Of a stretch of DNA of 24,000 nt, positions 1-7,989 are shown in pieces. Made by a program: the position numbers and the translations under genes. The stretch comes from Acidobacteriota bacterium (GTDB lineage: Bacteria; Acidobacteriota; Blastocatellia; Pyrinomonadales; Pyrinomonadaceae). Position 1 is the stretch's first letter. Each line of letters begins with the position of its first letter. The stretch spans positions 190,024 to 214,023 of the forward strand of contig JAOAPY010000011.1 of the NCBI GenBank assembly GCA_025463135.1, written 5' to 3'. The notes under the pieces are model-generated. The model saw nothing but the letters and a program-made list of their open reading frames with translations. It was not told the origin of the DNA and searched no databases.

Positions 1-2
1 AA

Positions 3-530
3 GATTACAGTCGCCACGTTATCTGTATTAACGCCTCGACCCTTGGTCTGGGAGGTGAGACCGCGGCCCGTGTTGCCGCACAGGGAAAGTCAATGCGCAG
101 ATTGTCAGGCGAAGCTCGTTTTGTCACCGCGGCGATGGGCGCGCTCGCCGCCTGGCGCGAGCGGCCGGTAAGAGTTCAAGTTGACGACGACACGATTATC
201 GAAGGTCCGATGAATCTCGTGGCCGTTGCCAATGCACGTTATGCCGGTGGCGGGATGATGTTGTCGCCAGGCGCGGAATTCGACGACGGCAAACTCGACG
301 TCGTGACGGCTTGCGGACTCAATCGTCCGGAAATTCTGCGGGAATTAACTCGCATTCATAAGGGTGGTCACGTCGCCAATTCCAAAGTGAAGATCGTTCA
401 GGGCCGCAGTGTGAACATTCAAACGTCTTTGCGCGAGGATGCGCTGCTAATCGAGGTTGACGGAAATGTAAGCGGACGCACACCGGCGGACTATGTAGTG
501 ATGCCTCTGGCGTTGCGAATCGTGGTGTGA
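3..530 (+). CDS. Lipid kinase of the DAGK/YegS/BmrU family, C-terminal part (5' end lies outside the window)
   Basis: The frame is open from nt 3 (DYSRHVICINASTLGLGGETAARV...) through to TGA at 528-530, so the gene starts upstream of the window. The C-terminal segments ...ANARYAGGGMMLSPGAEFDDGKLDVV... and ...LLIEVDGNVSGRTPADYVVMPLALRIVV are typical of DAGK-like lipid kinases. Confidence 0.7.
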   Translation, partial: DYSRHVICINASTLGLGGETAARVAAQGKSMRRLSGEARFVTAAMGALAAWRERPVRVQVDDDTIIEGPMNLVAVANARYAGGGMMLSPGAEFDDGKLDVVTACGLNRPEILRELTRIHKGGHVANSKVKIVQGRSVNIQTSLREDALLIEVDGNVSGRTPADYVVMPLALRIVV

Positions 531-580
531 CAGCAAGGATAAATTTTTACTCGCATGCAAGCGTAAACAAACAGTTGGCA

Positions 581-2605
581 TCACAAAAGCTGGCGCGCGT
601 GTTTGATCACGTTTTCGACACTGAAACCCAGCTCGCGCATGGCCACATCTCCAGGCGCCGAGGCTCCAAAGCGATCGAGACAGATCACATCGCCGGCTGG
701 TCCCACATAGCGGTCCCAACCCTGTCGCACGCCGGCTTCGATGGCGAGGCGAGCAGTGACTGAAGGCGGCAGCACTTCATTGCGATAGTCCTCCGGTTGC
801 TGTTCGAATAGTTCCCAACAGGGCATGGAAACGACGCGCGTGGGAATGCCTTCGGATTGCAGTTGTTCGCGCGCTTCGAGGGCGAGGGAAACTTCAGAAC
901 CAGTGGCGATGAGAATCAGTCGTGGCGAAACCTCAGCTTCGGCCAGGATGTAGGCGCCACGTTGCAGGCCCTCGGCTGAGGCGTGAACCGCACGATCGAT
1001 CAGCGGCACTTTCTGTCGCGTCAATGCCAGGGCAGTAGGCGCGTTTCGACGCTTTATGGCTATGCGCCAGGCTTCGCGAACCTCGTGCGAGTCCGCGGGA
1101 CGAATCACGAACAAGTGCGGAATGGCGCGTAGCGCTGCCAGATGCTCGATGGGCTGATGCGTTGGTCCATCTTCACCCAACCCAATCGAATCGTGCGTGA
1201 ACACATAAATCACCTGCACTTCCGAAAGCGCCGCGAGCCGAATTGCCGGTCGCATGTAATCCGAGAAACACATGAACGTACCGCCAAACGGGATCAGGCC
1301 GCCATTCAGACTCATACCCGTCAAAGTCGAACCCATTGCGTGTTCACGTATGCCCCAATGCAGAATACGACCGTCGTAAGCACCGGCTTCAAAGCTGCCG
1401 CCATCCTTAATATCGGTGTTGTTTGAAGGGCCAAGATCGGCCGAACCGCCAATCAACATTGGCAGGTGCGGAGCCAGGGCGTTGATTACTTCGCCGCTAG
1501 CCGCCCGGGTTGCGATCGGTTTCGCATTCTCAAACGTCGGCAGGTGCGTTTCCCAATCCTCGGGCAATTCGCCGCTCATGACCACGCGCCACAACTGGCT
1601 CAGATCCGGATACTTTTGTTCGTACTCCGTCAGCAAATTATGCCAATCACTTTCCTGCTGGGCGCCACGCTCGACGGCGATGCGAAAGTGTTTGATGGCT
1701 TCTTCGGGAATGTAAAACTTCTTATCTTCGGGCCAGCCCAGGTGCCGTTTCGTTTCGCGCACAGCCTCTTCGCCCGGCGCATCGCTGTGAGCTTTGCGCG
1801 TGCCCGCCGCCGGCATGCCGAAGCCAATCACAGTCTTTACGGAAATCAATGACGGCCGATCAGTGACGGCCTGGGCCTCGCGAATCGCTGCATCAATGGC
1901 CTGAAGATCGTTGCCGTCCGCCACCGTCGTCGTATGCCAACCGTAGGCCGCAAAGCGCGCGGGAACATTTTCTGAAAAAGCCAGATCCGTAAAACCCTCA
2001 ATCGTCACGTGGTTGTCATCGTAAAGATAGATGAGCTTCCCAAGCTTTAGATGGCTGGCGAGCGACGCTGCTTCCGAAGCAATGCCTTCCATCAAGTCGC
2101 CGTCTGAGACGATCGCATAGATGTAATGATCGATGAGTGGGAACTCTTCCTGATTGAACTTCGCAGCCAGGTGCGCGCCGCCCATGGCCATGCCCACACC
2201 GTTGGCAAATCCCTGCCCTAAGGGTCCGGTGGTGATCTCGACCCCCGGAGTCATGCCGTATTCAGGGTGGCCCGGCGTTTTTGAACCCCATTGGCGAAAA
2301 TGTTTTATCTCTTCGAGCGGCAAATCGTAGCCGGTCAAATGAAGCAGAGAGTAAAGCAACATCGAGCCGTGACCGGCGGAAAGCAAAAACCGGTCGCGGT
2401 TCTCCCACTTTGGATTTACAGGGTTGTGGCGCAGAAACCGTGTCCATAACACGTATGCCATCGGCGCCGCGCCCAGAGGCAGACCCGGATGCCCCGACTC
2501 GGCCTGCTGCACGGCGTCTAGCGACAGGGTTCTAATCGTATTAATGCAGAGTTGATCGAGTTCCGTCCCGATCTTGTTTCCGGTTTCCTGTATGGGCGCG
2601 CTCAT
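581..2605 (-). CDS. tkt: Transketolase
   Basis: 674-aa ORF with the canonical N-terminal ThDP motif region ([18 protein letters not shown]...[31 protein letters not shown]). It also carries [30 protein letters not shown] and the pyrimidine-binding and C-terminal domains. Length is typical of the family. Confidence 0.97.
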   Translation of the reverse strand: MSAPIQETGNKIGTELDQLCINTIRTLSLDAVQQAESGHPGLPLGAAPMAYVLWTRFLRHNPVNPKWENRDRFLLSAGHGSMLLYSLLHLTGYDLPLEEIKHFRQWGSKTPGHPEYGMTPGVEITTGPLGQGFANGVGMAMGGAHLAAKFNQEEFPLIDHYIYAIVSDGDLMEGIASEAASLASHLKLGKLIYLYDDNHVTIEGFTDLAFSENVPARFAAYGWHTTTVADGNDLQAIDAAIREAQAVTDRPSLISVKTVIGFGMPAAGTRKAHSDAPGEEAVRETKRHLGWPEDKKFYIPEEAIKHFRIAVERGAQQESDWHNLLTEYEQKYPDLSQLWRVVMSGELPEDWETHLPTFENAKPIATRAASGEVINALAPHLPMLIGGSADLGPSNNTDIKDGGSFEAGAYDGRILHWGIREHAMGSTLTGMSLNGGLIPFGGTFMCFSDYMRPAIRLAALSEVQVIYVFTHDSIGLGEDGPTHQPIEHLAALRAIPHLFVIRPADSHEVREAWRIAIKRRNAPTALALTRQKVPLIDRAVHASAEGLQRGAYILAEAEVSPRLILIATGSEVSLALEAREQLQSEGIPTRVVSMPCWELFEQQPEDYRNEVLPPSVTARLAIEAGVRQGWDRYVGPAGDVICLDRFGASAPGDVAMRELGFSVENVIKHARQLL

Positions 2606-2708
2606 GCCGCTTTTGTACCTCTATTTTGGAATTAGACTGATCACTCTCGGAAGTTGTCAGCATCGCATACCAAAAGCACCGTAGTCCAGCTTGAACGCAA
2701 CTGCTAGA

Positions 2709-3446
2709 ATGTCGCGTATGCACGCTGAGACTTTGAACTGTTTTAACTGCGGCGCGGCTGTTTCATCCGACTCGACCCAGTGCCAGTATTGCAGCTCGCG
2801 GCTCGCGACAATCGCCTGTCCCTCATGCTTCGGAATGATGTTCATTGGCAGCAAGCATTGCCCACGTTGCGGCGCGGCGGCGGCCCAGGTTACACCCGCG
2901 GATCTGCCGGCGCGTAACTGTCCGCGCTGTCGCCTCGAAATGCAATCCGTCTTAATTGGAGCAACGGCGGTGCGCGAGTGTTTCAAGTGTGAAGGGTTGT
3001 GGCTGGACGTCACAGCGTTCGAAAGAATTTGCGCCGATCGGGAACAGCAATCCGCGGTGCTCGGAGCGGCTTCACCGGCGCCTACACATGCGGCGCAAGA
3101 CGCCCTCAGCAAGGTGAGTTATGTCCCTTGTCCGGAATGTAAGCAGCTAATGAATCGGATCAACTTTGCCAGATGCTCAGGTGTGATTGTAGACATCTGC
3201 CGAGGTCACGGCACCTGGTTCGATCGCGACGAGTTGAGCCGCATCGTGGAATTCATCCATGGCGGAGGGCTGGAGGCTGCGCGTGACAAAGAGAAGGCAC
3301 AACTCGAAGAAGCGCGACGTCAGCTGGAACAAGATCAATTGAGCGCAAGTTCGAGGTCTTCTTCGCTGCTGGGCTTCGACAAGGACGACCATCGTCTGGG
3401 TGGCATTGCGTCAACGCGAGGCTTGCTGAAGATCCTTTTGGGGTGA
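2709..3446 (+). CDS. Multi-zinc-ribbon protein (two simple CxxC...CxxC ribbons plus two zf-TFIIB-like ribbons, C-terminal coiled coil)
   Basis: Four Cys4 units: CFNCG..CQYC, CPSCF..CPRCG, CPRCRLEM..CFKCEGLWLD and CPECKQLM..CRGHGTWFDRDEL. The last two match the 'transcription factor zinc-finger' pattern (PF13453-like, from memory). These are followed by the charged helix EAARDKEKAQLEEARRQLEQDQ. The start is uncertain: TTG 2691, ATG 2709 or ATG 2718. Confidence 0.7.
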   Translation: MSRMHAETLNCFNCGAAVSSDSTQCQYCSSRLATIACPSCFGMMFIGSKHCPRCGAAAAQVTPADLPARNCPRCRLEMQSVLIGATAVRECFKCEGLWLDVTAFERICADREQQSAVLGAASPAPTHAAQDALSKVSYVPCPECKQLMNRINFARCSGVIVDICRGHGTWFDRDELSRIVEFIHGGGLEAARDKEKAQLEEARRQLEQDQLSASSRSSSLLGFDKDDHRLGGIASTRGLLKILLG

Positions 3447-3455
3447 GGGTCCGCC

Positions 3456-4499
3456 CTACTTAACGGTCTTTTTCACCAACCTCACAAATCTCTGAATGTC
3501 TTCTTCCGTGGTATCGAACGAGGTCATGAGCCGAACCTCAGACATTGCTTCGTTCCAAACATAGAAGAAATATTCCTTCTGCAACAGCGGTACATAGCGT
3601 TGCGGCACAATCGCGAAAACGCCGTTCGCCTCGACCTTCTGCGTAATTTCAATGGGCCGAATCTTTGCCAACTCTTGCGCCAGGATTTGGGCCATCCGAT
3701 TAGCGTGCGCGGCATTTTTCTTCCACAGATCGTTGGTAAGTAAAGCTTCGAACTGCACTGAGATGAACCGCATCTTTGACGCGAGATGAGAGCCCTGTTT
3801 GCGTATGAATTTGAAGTCAGCAGCGAGATTCCTGTTAAAGAAGACGACTGCCTCGCCGTACATCAGTCCATTCTTGGTTCCACCAAATGAAAGAACATCG
3901 ACGCCCACATCCGTCGTTAGCTCGCGTAGGCGGGCTTTCAAACCGACTGCGGCATTCGCGAGGCGCGCGCCGTCGACGTGCAGCAGGAGATTGCGCTGGT
4001 GCGCAAAATCCGCCAGCGTTTTGATCTCTTCCGGGCGGTAGACGGTTCCCATTTCTGTCGCTTGCGAGATTGAGATGATGCGCGGCTGTACATGGTGCTC
4101 AACACCAATCCCGTGCAGTAGCGGCTTGATATCTTCAGCCCTGAGCTTTCCATCCGTTGTAGGAACCGTTAACAACTTACACCCTGTGAATTTTTCCGGG
4201 GCGCCGCATTCATCGACATTGATGTGCGCAGTCTCAGCACAAATGACGGCATGATAAGGCTGCGTCATCGCTTTGAGGCCAAGCACATTGGCGCCCGTAC
4301 CGCTGAAAACAAAGAACACCTCAATATCATCGCCCAGCTGTTCGCGAAATCTTCCCACCGCGGATTCCGTGTACAGGTCGTCACCGTAAGCTACGACATG
4401 CCCGACATTGGCACGTTCGAGCGCCCGTAGTACTCGCGGGTGCACGCCGGCGTTGTTATCGCTGGCAAAACTGCGTGATGGTTTTCTTCGGCTTACCAT
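3456..4499 (-). CDS. ltaA: Low-specificity L-threonine aldolase (beta-eliminating lyase / PLP fold type I)
   Basis: Family hallmarks: SFASDNNAGVHP...YGDDLYT...EVFFVFSGTGANVLGL...HINVDECGAPEKF...FGGTKNGLMYGEAVVFF...ASKMRFISVQ...KVEANGVFA. Homologues start a few residues before FASDN, so ATG at 4499 (MVSRRKPSRSFASDN) is preferred over the ORF-track start at 4565. Confidence 0.88.
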   Translation of the reverse strand: MVSRRKPSRSFASDNNAGVHPRVLRALERANVGHVVAYGDDLYTESAVGRFREQLGDDIEVFFVFSGTGANVLGLKAMTQPYHAVICAETAHINVDECGAPEKFTGCKLLTVPTTDGKLRAEDIKPLLHGIGVEHHVQPRIISISQATEMGTVYRPEEIKTLADFAHQRNLLLHVDGARLANAAVGLKARLRELTTDVGVDVLSFGGTKNGLMYGEAVVFFNRNLAADFKFIRKQGSHLASKMRFISVQFEALLTNDLWKKNAAHANRMAQILAQELAKIRPIEITQKVEANGVFAIVPQRYVPLLQKEYFFYVWNEAMSEVRLMTSFDTTEEDIQRFVRLVKKTVK

Positions 4500-4843
4500 G
4501 AGAATGGTTGAAGGATAGCAAAGGTGCTTCCTCCTGGGCGAGTCGCAAGAAGTTCTTGCCGTCAAACGGGAGGAAAAGGGGGCCTTGGCCCACGGTGCGC
4601 CGCGCTTTAAGTTGATACCGCAAGTCCTTCGGCTCGACGGAGCTCAGGACTAGCAGCAGCGCAAGGTCACATTAAATAGGAAGCGCTTCTGAGTCGTCTG
4701 CGTTTGGTGCTCTAACACACCAACCCACCTACGATATCAACGGGAATGAATTACTTGCCGGAGGCTATTGGAAGGAATAAGTTGACGGGGCGGCTAGTAT
4801 TGGATCAAGTTACACGACTGCCCCGTAATCTCTATAAATACTT

Positions 4844-4917
4844 TGGCTGGGAGGCAGGGACTCGAACCCCGATAGCCAGATTCAGAGTCTGGAGTCCTAC
4901 CATTGGACGACCTCCCA
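4844..4917 (-). tRNA. tRNA-Gln (anticodon CUG), CCA encoded
   Basis: The reverse complement folds by hand as a cloverleaf: TGGGAGG TC GTCC AATGGTA GGAC T CCAGA CT-CTG-AA TCTGG CTAT CGGGG TTCGAGT CCCTG CCTCCCA G CCA. U1:A72 and G73 are the bacterial tRNA-Gln identity features. Confidence 0.93.
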
Positions 4918-4928
4918 GCAGGAAATTC

Positions 4929-4958
4929 ACTCTACGAATTGTGACCCGAAGTTGTCAA
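4929..4958 (-). promoter_or_regulatory. Sigma70-like promoter for tRNA-Gln (TTGACA - 18 nt - TAGAGT)
   Basis: The minus strand reads TTGACA (4958-4953), an 18-nt spacer, then TAGAGT (4934-4929). The -10 ends 11 nt before the mature tRNA 5' end at 4917. Confidence 0.5.
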
Positions 4959-5003
4959 CCGGTCGATCGATTGTGGCAGGCGCACCTTTGCGCGTGATTC
5001 GCG

Positions 5004-5028
5004 GGCGCGGAACCCGCGCCACTTTTTT
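5004..5028 (+). terminator. Intrinsic (rho-independent) terminator, plus-strand orientation, with no annotated plus-strand gene upstream
   Basis: GGCGCGG-AAC-CCGCGCC forms a 7-bp all-G/C stem (5004-5020), followed by ACTTTTTTCT with the T-run at 5023-5028. On the minus strand no T-run follows the stem. Confidence 0.55.
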
Positions 5029-5176
5029 CTGCAGCGGCCGGACGAGTTTCGGTTGCCAGCGGCAGATTATGGGGGCACAATACGCCCATCACCCCACCCG
5101 CGAAGTAAGGCGGCCCGCACTTATCCGAAATCCCAACTAAAGGCGGAGCTTTCTGCAACAGCGGGAAACCATCACG

Positions 5177-5488
5177 ATGAGCCAACAAGACCCCCAAATT
5201 CAGAGCACCAACGACGAAGCGCAACGGCTGCGAGCGCAGTTAGCAGTTTACGAAGGAAAAATTGATGAAATAGCTGACCTGGTATCACGGGTGCGGCATG
5301 AGATCAATAATCCGCTAACTGGAATACTGGGCCAGGCACAGCTTCTACTGCGTGAAGAGTTGAACCCAAAGGCCCGCCGGCGCGCCGAAACAATCGAGCA
5401 ACTCGCAAGACGGCTGGCCACCACGGTGGCGGAATTGCGCCAAGTGCAAAAGCCGGCCCGATTGCCTGCGTCAGAAGCAGACGCGTAA
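5177..5488 (+). CDS. Stand-alone HisKA (DHp) dimerisation/phospho-acceptor domain protein, with no ATPase domain
   Basis: 103 aa. An N-terminal coiled coil (EAQRLRAQLAVYEGKIDEIADLV) is followed by an H-box, SRVRHEINNPLTGILGQAQLLL, and a second helix. The ORF stops before any HATPase_c motif, and no N/G1/F/G2 remnants appear in any downstream frame. Confidence 0.65.
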   Translation: MSQQDPQIQSTNDEAQRLRAQLAVYEGKIDEIADLVSRVRHEINNPLTGILGQAQLLLREELNPKARRRAETIEQLARRLATTVAELRQVQKPARLPASEADA

Positions 5489-5522
5489 GAACGTCGACGA
5501 TTGGCAACTGGCGTACAGAGTA

Positions 5523-5573
5523 CCGGCTTCAGTCGGACTTTTCCTTCACAACAAAATACCCGACTGAAGTCGG
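5523..5573. repeat. Inverted pair of CTTCAG/CTGAAG-centred palindromes forming a 14-bp stem with a 23-nt loop
   Basis: CCGGCTTCAGTCGG (5523-5536) pairs with CCGACTGAAGTCGG (5560-5573) with 13 Watson-Crick pairs and one G-T. Each arm is itself a near-palindrome. The element lies between convergent genes and has no flanking T-run. Confidence 0.6.
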
Positions 5574-5601
5574 CGCTCTATACGCCTGTCGCTAAACTTG
5601 A

Positions 5602-6618
5602 TTACTGCGCGGGAATGGTTTGCGTTGGGGATGATTGGACAGGGCGAACTTTTGGTGCGCGAAAGCTCTTGATGCTTTCCTTGATCATCAGACGGCGATT
5701 GCTGAGCGTGGCCATGTGAAAGGGAACTACACAACCGCAGCGATCGCAGTCAGCGTTATCCCCCATCATACACTTGCCTTTCGGCTCGCCGGTGGGTCCA
5801 AAGGCAAAGGCCTTCAAGCGAAACTCGCAATTGTCCGTCACCTGCTTCGCATTGTTTGATCGCATCAACTCCAGCGTCGAATCCATCATGTTGATGACGC
5901 CCGGATATTTCTTTTTCAAATCCAGTATTTGATCGATCAGCCGATCGCGTGTGGGCCAGTCCAGCCAGAGCATTTCGTCGAGACCCGTTACGGGCGTGAA
6001 AAAATCAAAGATGATGCCGCCGCGCGCCAGCGGGCCCCATTCCTTTATCAGATCCTCAACGCAGTCTTTGGTAATACTGGTCAACACGCAGGAAATTTGA
6101 ATATTGAACTCGGGATGGTCCTTAACGTTTTGTTTGATCTTCTGATAGATTCCCGGAGCCCGCATTCGCGCGAAAGCCTCCTCAGTCCCGTCAATTGAAA
6201 CCACCCAGGTGCAGTTGGGCCAGTTGGGCAGTTCCATCGTGCCGTTGGTGACGATGGTGTTATGCGCGAAATAATGCCGGCCTGCCTCAATCAGTTGCTT
6301 GCGCACCATCGGCTCGCCACCGACCCAGGTACAAAGCATCATGGGATGCCCGGCAGCCTTCATCGCATCGAGCTTCTCGATCCATTTCTCGACAGAGAGC
6401 TCTTTTTCGTTGTCGTGATCTTCAGCAAAGAAATAGCAGTGCTCGCAGCGCAGGTTGCAGCGATTGGTGACATCGATCGAGCCCACCGCATACTTTGGTA
6501 AGCCGGTAATGAATAAGCGACCAACCTTGGCCAGGCGGCGGACGTTTTGAGTGAAAGACATATCGGGGAACATTATGCGGGAAGGAACGGCAAGGCTCAA
6601 CCGGCGAAGATCAGCCAC
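5602..6618 (-). CDS. Radical SAM protein with a Cys-rich C-terminal (SPASM/twitch-like) motif, function unknown
   Basis: CNLRCEHC (CxxxCxxC) is encoded at 6459-6436 within VTNRCNLRCEHCYF. Also present are GGEPMV, a TNGT motif and the C-terminal CMMGDNADCDRCGCVVPF. The start is uncertain (GTG 6618 or the internal ATGs of MFPDMSF). Confidence 0.8.
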   Translation of the reverse strand: MADLRRLSLAVPSRIMFPDMSFTQNVRRLAKVGRLFITGLPKYAVGSIDVTNRCNLRCEHCYFFAEDHDNEKELSVEKWIEKLDAMKAAGHPMMLCTWVGGEPMVRKQLIEAGRHYFAHNTIVTNGTMELPNWPNCTWVVSIDGTEEAFARMRAPGIYQKIKQNVKDHPEFNIQISCVLTSITKDCVEDLIKEWGPLARGGIIFDFFTPVTGLDEMLWLDWPTRDRLIDQILDLKKKYPGVINMMDSTLELMRSNNAKQVTDNCEFRLKAFAFGPTGEPKGKCMMGDNADCDRCGCVVPFHMATLSNRRLMIKESIKSFRAPKVRPVQSSPTQTIPAQ

Positions 6619-6719
6619 AGGTGAACACGGATAAAACAGATATGAAAAAGCATCAGAGACTTGGTTTCAGCTCTGAATCGCGTCGACCCGTGCAAATCTG
6701 TGGCTGAATTGCTTTATCG

Positions 6720-7643
6720 TTAGCGTTTGGATTCGACAGTCACGTTCGCGTTGCTGCTCATGAATGCCAGAAATCGTTTGCCTTCCGGGAGCACGGCGTT
6801 CTCGCCGCGTCTGAATCCGTGGATCAGTCCAAGCGGCGCCAGCGGCGGAAAGAGGATACCGGGGATGATTGCCTTCGTTATAACCTCGGCGCTGTGACTC
6901 GTGCCCTTCACGCTGTTGCTCGTGTTGGCGTTATCGTTACGTTTGCCACTGCGCGCGCTGCGGGCAGGCTTACCAAGTTCATCGCTCCCCGCCGGACCTT
7001 CGGGCCGGATCGGCAGGCGCGTGCCATCGACGGCGACCACGTCCTGCATGGTCCATGACAAGCGCCCGGCGTGTCCCCAGTGTCCGCCCCGTTTTGCCAA
7101 ATCGACGCGCGCGGTAACCAGCGCACCTTTTTCGATGACGGTGCGGCCGTCGATCATGATCGGCACCAGAACTCGAAAGCTGATAAGGTCACCCGCCTTC
7201 ACATGAAGCGAGTCGACGGTGTAAGCCGCTTCAACATCCAGTTGCGTTCCAGCCGGAACGACGATTTGTTCCGGCTGCTGTCTTTCTAATTCCAGCCTAT
7301 CTGGTGGTGGCGCCGAATTCGCCACGGTGCTGATCGATCCGGATTTCTCAAGCCGCATCATCGCCGCTATCACTGCGTCCGGAAGACCTGCATCCCTGAG
7401 CGCGCGAAGAGCGGGCTCAGAGATATCGAAGTTGGCCGGCGAAGATTTGATCTTTGCGATCATTTCGTCCGGCGTCATCCTGGCTTGCAGCAGTTCCACG
7501 AGGTCCTGATTGGTAAGCGGCGCGGCGTGGTCTTGCGACTGCTGGATGCTTTTTACTGCTGGAGGTGGTGAAGACTCAACCTGAGCAAATGACGCGGTTG
7601 ACGATAAGAGTAGTAGGAAAAGCGGGGAGAATAACAGTTTCAT
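6720..7643 (-). CDS. Secreted protein of unknown function (signal peptide, helical N-domain, and a C-domain paralogous to the 7990-8529 product)
   Basis: GAGGAG Shine-Dalgarno lies 8 nt upstream of the ATG. The signal peptide is MKLLFSPLFLLLLSSTASFA|QV. The N-domain is LTNQDLVELLQARMTPDEMIAKIKSSPANFDISEPALRALRDAGLPDAVIAAMM. The C-terminal ~190 aa align with the neighbouring 179-aa protein. Confidence 0.75.
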   Translation of the reverse strand: MKLLFSPLFLLLLSSTASFAQVESSPPPAVKSIQQSQDHAAPLTNQDLVELLQARMTPDEMIAKIKSSPANFDISEPALRALRDAGLPDAVIAAMMRLEKSGSISTVANSAPPPDRLELERQQPEQIVVPAGTQLDVEAAYTVDSLHVKAGDLISFRVLVPIMIDGRTVIEKGALVTARVDLAKRGGHWGHAGRLSWTMQDVVAVDGTRLPIRPEGPAGSDELGKPARSARSGKRNDNANTSNSVKGTSHSAEVITKAIIPGILFPPLAPLGLIHGFRRGENAVLPEGKRFLAFMSSNANVTVESKR

Positions 7644-7732
7644 GCGATCCGGCTCCTCAGTACTTGATTGCTGACGAGCAGGGGAAGCGCAAGTGCAATG
7701 CCGCGAAACTGAGACACCGCCAACCGTTCACG

Positions 7733-7764
7733 AAACAAAAAATGCGTGGCAGTCGCACTGCCAC
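7733..7764 (-). terminator. Intrinsic terminator (minus strand)
   Basis: The minus strand reads GTGGCAGT-GCG-ACTGCCAC (8-bp stem, 7764-7746), followed by GCATTTTTTGTTT. It lies 226 nt downstream of the 179-aa gene stop and upstream of the 307-aa gene. Confidence 0.6.
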
Positions 7765-7989
7765 GAATTGATGGTTGGAGTTAGAGCGCCACGCGGTTAC
7801 CCAGGGAAAATCTGAGTGAAGTGCTTGTGCAGCTTTTGGTGGAAGGGCAGCGCCGATCTCCCAGCGTACCGAGACCTTCTGCTGGAGCTGCAAACTTCCG
7901 AACACCTTCGATATCCGCGGCGCAATCCCTCAGAGAGGGGTACCGCGGAATAGCACCCGACAACGAACCAATTGATACGGCTGTCCGAA

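Noticed and set aside
447-2723. Numerous 60-130-aa ORFs overlapping or antisense to transketolase (for example 1142-1426, 1416-1715, 1466-1852, 1630-1827, 2262-2447, 2281-2535, 2541-2723, 447-719, 527-763)
   Set aside because: They lie entirely within or against a confidently identified 674-aa gene. They have Arg/Ser/Ala-rich compositions typical of off-frame translation of GC-rich coding DNA and show no recognisable motifs.
4566-4700. Possible SRP (4.5S) RNA or glycine riboswitch upstream of the threonine aldolase gene
   Set aside because: Fragments such as TCAGGACTAGCAGCAGCGCAAGG and GCCGAAGGAC only loosely resemble the SRP domain IV and glycine-riboswitch consensus sequences. The conserved GGAA tetraloop with symmetric loop, and the ACCGAAGGGGCAA core, are absent on both strands.
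4746-4997. 83-aa plus-strand ORF
   Set aside because: It runs straight through the tRNA-Gln gene and its promoter on the opposite strand. The middle of the 'protein' is simply the antisense tRNA translated.
5004-5028. The hairpin as a terminator for the minus-strand radical SAM gene (bidirectional terminator)
   Set aside because: On the minus strand the stem is followed by CGCGAATCACG with no U-tract. It also lies about 575 nt beyond the stop at 5602, with a plus-strand gene in between.
5177-5601. The HisKA-only ORF as a frameshifted or truncated histidine kinase pseudogene
   Set aside because: None of the three downstream frames before the convergent radical SAM gene shows HATPase_c motifs (N, G1, F or G2 boxes), and only about 110 nt are available. 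It is treated as a genuine short protein pending comparison with orthologues.
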